From positions 1-39,454 of the forward strand of contig FLMG01003824.1 in NCBI GenBank assembly GCA_900088475.1: a stretch of DNA of 39,454 bases, read 5' to 3'. The position numbers and the translations under genes were made by a program. Source of the DNA: Hyphochytrium catenoides (lineage: Eukaryota > Protista > Hyphochytriomycota). The notes under the pieces are model-generated. The model saw only the letters and a program-made list of their open reading frames with translations. It made no database searches and was not told the origin of the DNA. This document shows positions 34,532-39,454 of the stretch, one piece after another. Every line of letters starts with the position of its first letter. The first letter of the stretch is position 1.

Positions 34532-37500
34532 CTAGCTCTTGCGCCTACTAGTTCCCACTCGCTTGAATCTGGACTTCGATTTGGAGGACCGACCTTTCCC
34601 CTTCTTGCCTGTCCGAAGCCAAGCTTGAGCGATGATCAAGGTAAGGGGCATTTGGGAAGTAATGGAACTAACGTTTGCTATGATACGGCTTCTCCCCTTC
34701 TTGAATCTTCCGCGCCCGACCGACCGACTCCCTCCTTCTAGCACCCTTTCTTGCAGTGTATTCGCTTTGCACGCCATTAGAGCTGAGTGGGAGACAGAAC
34801 GCGTTAGACAGGCTTAATGACTCCTCTCTACGTTGTTCTCACCTTGCGGACCCGAGAGCCAAGGCAAAGTCAATTCTGTTCGGGCCCAAGTGTGAAAGCT
34901 GTCTCACCGATCGGAAGTGCTGGTACTTTAACTCCCATCGACGAACCTGTGGCCATGTAGAGGCAAACGGCATGGATGCGGTTGAGCGAAAGTCTCACGG
35001 GGACCATTGCAAGCGGTTCTAACTAACCTCAGATTCTGACCCGGAGAATTCATCGATCTCCTCGAGTCTTTCTCTCCGAGTAGGAGGTCCATTACTCGGA
35101 ATTTCTAAGACTGAAGAAGAACCGCGAGAGGGGGGAGGCAGGCTTTGGATGTGTTCCATAATGAGCAGCTGTGTGTCCTCCCAGCCCTCGTCATCAGGAA
35201 ACTCTTCGTGCTCAAACTTTTCACTGAGACTTGACTCTGCTGATCCACTTCCGACACTAAGGATTTCCTAATAACAGTACCAGCGGACAAGCCAACGAAG
35301 AAGGGTTAGGACAAAGAACATCATGTCTGGAGTCTCATCTCATGAGCAGTTAAAGCGAACCTGATCTTCGTCGTCTGAATAGTCCTTTCCATTTGTCCTT
35401 CTGTTGTCTTCTTCCATGGAAGAGGAGCCACACCCTTCGCAGAGTTGAGCTGATGGATCATTCTCGGCACCACAATTCGCGCAGATCCTGCAGGCGAGGG
35501 CCTGGTCCAAACGATAATAGCATTTCTCACAGCCTTCTTCAGGTCCTTGTACTTTGTTATTGAAGACACAGCGCTCGCAGACCCAGCCACTGTCATTTTC
35601 CTTATTACCCGCCATGGTTCTCAGGAGTGAGTCATCAGGGCGGCAGGACTGCCGGGTGTTGAGCGCACCTGCCGCTTGCTTTGGAGGTACACTCTGCTTC
35701 TCGGCAAGCTTACGTAAACGTAGCCGAGCCGTCTGCGGCCTGTTCTCACGACCATTCCCGTCCGAGTCAGTCCCTTCCTCGTCGGAGTCAAGTAGGCCGT
35801 GGTCTGAGTCTTGTTGCTCCTCATCCTCATTCAAAGGAAACGGTATCTCCGAGAATGACTCTGACTGTACCTGATCCGGAGGGTCAACGTGATCTGGACT
35901 CTAACTCAGAGAAAATGTTTGTTCAGCAGCTATTCACACTCTCGAAGTCTCAAAGGGCTCACCAATCCAGAATTTGCAGCTTTAGCGGTATCCGTGAAGT
36001 TGTCAAGCTGCATTCCTTTGGTGACGGTCCCCTATTTTCAATGACAACGCGGTTTGACTTTACTCGGAAGCTTCGAGGCTTATAGTCCCTGATATCTGTA
36101 CCTGATCACTTCGCGTGGACTGACAAGGTCTGAAGTCCGCATTGGGGCTATCATCATTTGGATTTGCCGGAGATTGCTGTCGAGAGGCGTATTCAGAAAG
36201 TCTACGCTCGGAAACTAGCTCTTTTGAACCAAAGTACCTTTGCCTCCTTCTTGTGGGAGAGTGGAGATGGAAAGCTCTTCTCATCTATTGCAGCCTTGCT
36301 TGCGAACTCTAAAGGCTCAGTCTCCGTTTCCAAAGCGTTCAGCGGCTCTGAGCCGGCTCCATGGTCCTGGTTACTTGAGCTATTGCCCGTCATGGAGGAC
36401 TGCTCTTGTGAAAAGAGTTTAAAGTCGGGCAGGCCAATGTCCAGGTCCATTCTTCGAGTTTCACGCTTGCTGGGAGGAAGCGCGCCATCCTGAGCCTCAA
36501 TTGGACTTATGTCCTCTGCGAGTGGTAACGACATTGATGCCGCCTCATTGTCAGTCGAGGGTTTGGCGTCCTCATCCTTTGCAAGTGATGGAGAACTGAA
36601 GCTCCTTGCTTCCACATCCCGACACTTTGGGTCTTTCTCTTCCGCGTTAACGGCCTGTGAAGAGCTTGTCATGCCAGTGGGCGTGTCCTCTAAAGTATGG
36701 TGCTCGTGAGCAGGTTGCGCATTCGAAGGCTGCTCCTCGGTTTGGGCCTTATCTGGTGTCTCTGGCAAAGCCTTCGGTAGAGAACCTCCTTCAGGATCTA
36801 CTGATGAGACAGCTATATCATCCTTACTTTCTATTCCTAGTAGGCTATGAAGCCAGAGCTTGCTGGGAACGTACGACTCGCCAAGCTTCGTGCTGAAGCG
36901 ACGGACAGGCTTCCTTCCACATGGCGTTTTCTCAGTCCTAGCTAGCGTAGGTGACACACACAGTCGCTTTGAAGGTGCTTCTCCAGTCACAGAAGTCCTC
37001 TGCGAGGTAGAGCAGTCGGCTTGCTGACTTTGGGCCGGGATGGAAGTGGTAGTGGAGGCCGTTTGACCCTCATGGCCTTTCATAGACTGGAAAATAGCTG
37101 TCAGGGAAGTAGCTGTAGTCATCCGCTCCTGAGAAGAGCAGCGTGAATCCGAAAGTGACCGAGAAGCCGTGTCGGAAGCACGAGCTCCACGCCGACGGAT
37201 AGCCTGGGGTCAGCAAAGCACAGTGAATGCCAGGAGGAAGAGCCCAGAACGAGCGGAAAGAAGCTGACCTTTCCCATATCGTCTTCTAAATAGCGTCTCT
37301 TCCTCTTCAAAGAACTTGAGGCAGTCTCCGGGGGTAGGTCCTCGCCCTGAGAGACCTCCGGTTCAGAAGCTACCTCAACTTCAAGCTTGCGCTCTGGTGT
37401 CACTTGAAGCTCATCGTTGGACCCTGAGAAAGGCTGAGCGGCTGTGCTGTTTGCCTTTCGATCGTCAACAGCGTCATCCGAGCTGCTGGAGTCCACCATC

Positions 37501-38613
37501 GCCATCGCTGCCTTCTCAGGAGTCTCGCCTTCGCTAGCATCGTCCGAGCTAGTGGAGACATTTCTTGCCATCAGGTGCCTGCCTGCATTCTGGTCCTCAA
37601 TACGTTCATCTGAACTATTGGAGACGCAGCTCGCAGCGGCTGTTCCAGCAGAGACCAGAGGGATGCCTTAGTTAGAACGGCACAACGCTGTCTATGGAAA
37701 TGACTGTGAAGCTTAAAGGCCTACCGTCAATCTTGCTTTCCACTGCCACGGAGGCCAGTGGTCGCACACTTCCCTTGCACATTTGGCACTTGAGCTTGTG
37801 TGCGTCATTGTGGAACGTGCACACACTGCAAGCCCACTTTCCACTATCAGTCCATGTGCCCCTGAGATCAGAAGAAAACTCGCTCTTTCCAGGGCCTAAA
37901 AGGTTGCAAAAAGGAGAAGATGAACAGTTGGGCCTACATCATGGCAGAAGTCGTCAACGTATCAGCCTTACTGCTTCGCGCGGAGCGCCGTTGTCGGACT
38001 TCCCCGCTGCCTGGAGCCTGGGATAGGCTGGATGGCTGATAAAACTGAGCTTTCGCAGCCTTCTTGGCTGAGACAGACAACTTTTTTTTCAGCATCTTCG
38101 TGGAGAACGCGCATCGTCTAGGAGCTGGAGAGCTCCTCGGCTAGGTTCTGACGCTCTTCCACTGTCAGCACCTAATGACTGTTAGAGCCTTGATCTCATG
38201 ATTATCTGCAGATCTTGCGATCGATTGAGAATGTCTTCAAGGTCTCAGCCTTCCACATCCTCTGCAGGCAAGTAGATGTGCAGAAACTCGAAGAGCGAAA
38301 GGAAACAGAGGCAATGCTGGCGCCTTCTATAGAAGTGACGAGAGAGATGAAGNNNNNNNNNNNNNNNNNNNNNNNNNNNNNNNNNNNNNNNNNNNNNNNN
38401 GAGAGAGAGAGAGAGGAGAAAGGCAGATGGACAAGGAGAGGAGAGAGATGAGGGGAAGAGCAAGACAGCAAGGGAGAGAGAGAAAGAAAAAGAGACACGA
38501 GAGAGAGAGAAAGAGAGCACGAGAGAGAGAGGAAGAGAGCAAGAAAGAGAGAGAGAGTGGAAGGAGAGAGTGAAAGAGAGAAGAGAGAAAGAGTAAGAAA
38601 GAGAGTGTGTGTA

Positions 38614-38645
<32 letters not shown>

Positions 38646-38649
38646 GAGG

Positions 38650-38680
<31 letters not shown>

Positions 38681-38945
38681 GGGAGAGAGAGAGAGAGGGA
38701 GAGAGAGACTTGTTTCGCAAAGTGATTCGCGCCAAAAGTTTTATTGTAGCCGTTAACGGCCCTAATGTGCCAACAAGAAGAGAGCGATCAAAGTCTTCCC
38801 AACTCTTCATGAGCAAGAATTTGAGGGAGACATGCAGTTGTGCTGCATCGACCTGTTGAGAGCTGCTGCAGCTGCTCCGCCACGCATCATCGCCTTGTCC
38901 ACACAGCCATTTTGCTTGACCTCCAGCGACCAGCTCCATCATTAG
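34532..38945 (-). CDS. Multi-exon gene: large disordered acidic/Ser-rich protein with three RanBP2-type (NZF) zinc fingers and a basic C-terminus; 5' end uncertain and may extend past 39454
   Basis: Fingers KWACSVCTFHNDAHKLKCQMC (~37835), GWVCERCVFNN..CEKC and CANCGAENDPSAQLCEGC. Frame-preserving GT-AG introns at 34624-34672, 34783-34842, 34947-35027, 35268-35360, 35901-35962 and 37204-37268. Ends ...KRVGTSRRKS*. Confidence 0.8.
38401..38708. repeat. (GA)n / purine-rich low-complexity tract next to an assembly gap (N 38353-38400), probably intronic
   Basis: Seen directly. Confidence 0.95.
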
Positions 38946-39111
38946 GGTGCGCCAGTTGCGTTAGGAAAGACACCAATCTCAATGGCTAATCGGCGATCAA
39001 GCTCTCAGTCCAATGGATATGCCATCAATGCCAGCCTTCCCATAATCTTTGAGACGCGTTTGTACGGACGTGCGGGGCCGTGGCCCGATATGGACGTAGG
39101 CTATCATCTAT

Positions 39112-39149
39112 CGTTCTTCTACTAAAGTGACGTTCTTCTACTAAAGTGA
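39112..39149. repeat. Perfect 19-bp tandem duplication
   Basis: cgttcttctactaaagtga occurs twice. Confidence 0.95.
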
Positions 39150-39454
39150 CGGCCTTCCAACTGGCCTCAAACGTTGTCATAATTGGTGGGAGGCGCTCGG
39201 AGCTGACCAAGGATGCCAAAGACGAAACCGTAGCTAGCGTGAGTTGTGTCCATTATGAGCAGAGGCGAAGGCGTGATGGGAGGGATTACTATTTAGCCGA
39301 GACCGATAAACAGGCACTGCGGGATGGAAGAAAAGGAGAGGGAAATTAGAGTCTGAGCATGCGGGAAGAAGGCCGGGGAACTCGAGTGCATATGCTGTCA
39401 ATAGGTGCATAGTGTGTGACCTGCCGGATGCTCTTCTGGAACAAAACTTTGGAA

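Noticed and set aside
38202-38942. 246-aa ORF with SL repeats
   Set aside because: It reads through a GA microsatellite and an N gap, so it is not a reliable CDS.

Overview
This is eukaryotic nuclear DNA with short GT-AG introns (about 50-95 nt, CTAAC/CTGAC-type branch sites), AG microsatellites and one N gap. The organism cannot be named from the sequence. The first ~32 kb is mostly decayed transposons: a Ty3/gypsy pol remnant (-, ~850-3935), a near full-length pseudogenised Ty1/copia (+, ~4500-8700), a second gypsy integrase fragment, two CRE-like non-LTR fragments (RT, and zinc knuckle plus restriction-like endonuclease), a second copia gag remnant, a probable hAT transposase relic and a 123-bp MITE. 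Two host-like genes are present on the minus strand: an intact ORF with six WRKY19-type Cys3His repeats, and a multi-exon RanBP2-type zinc-finger gene. The most notable signal is at 10.7-13.3 kb. Four decayed copies of an unannotated ~0.9-kb repeat jointly encode a His-Me finger (His-Cys box, zf-His_Me_endon-like) homing-endonuclease-type protein. The copies appear to have ~25-bp terminal inverted repeats and no transposase, and two of them form a ~600-bp-arm inverted repeat. All calls come from manual motif reading; no database searches were run.
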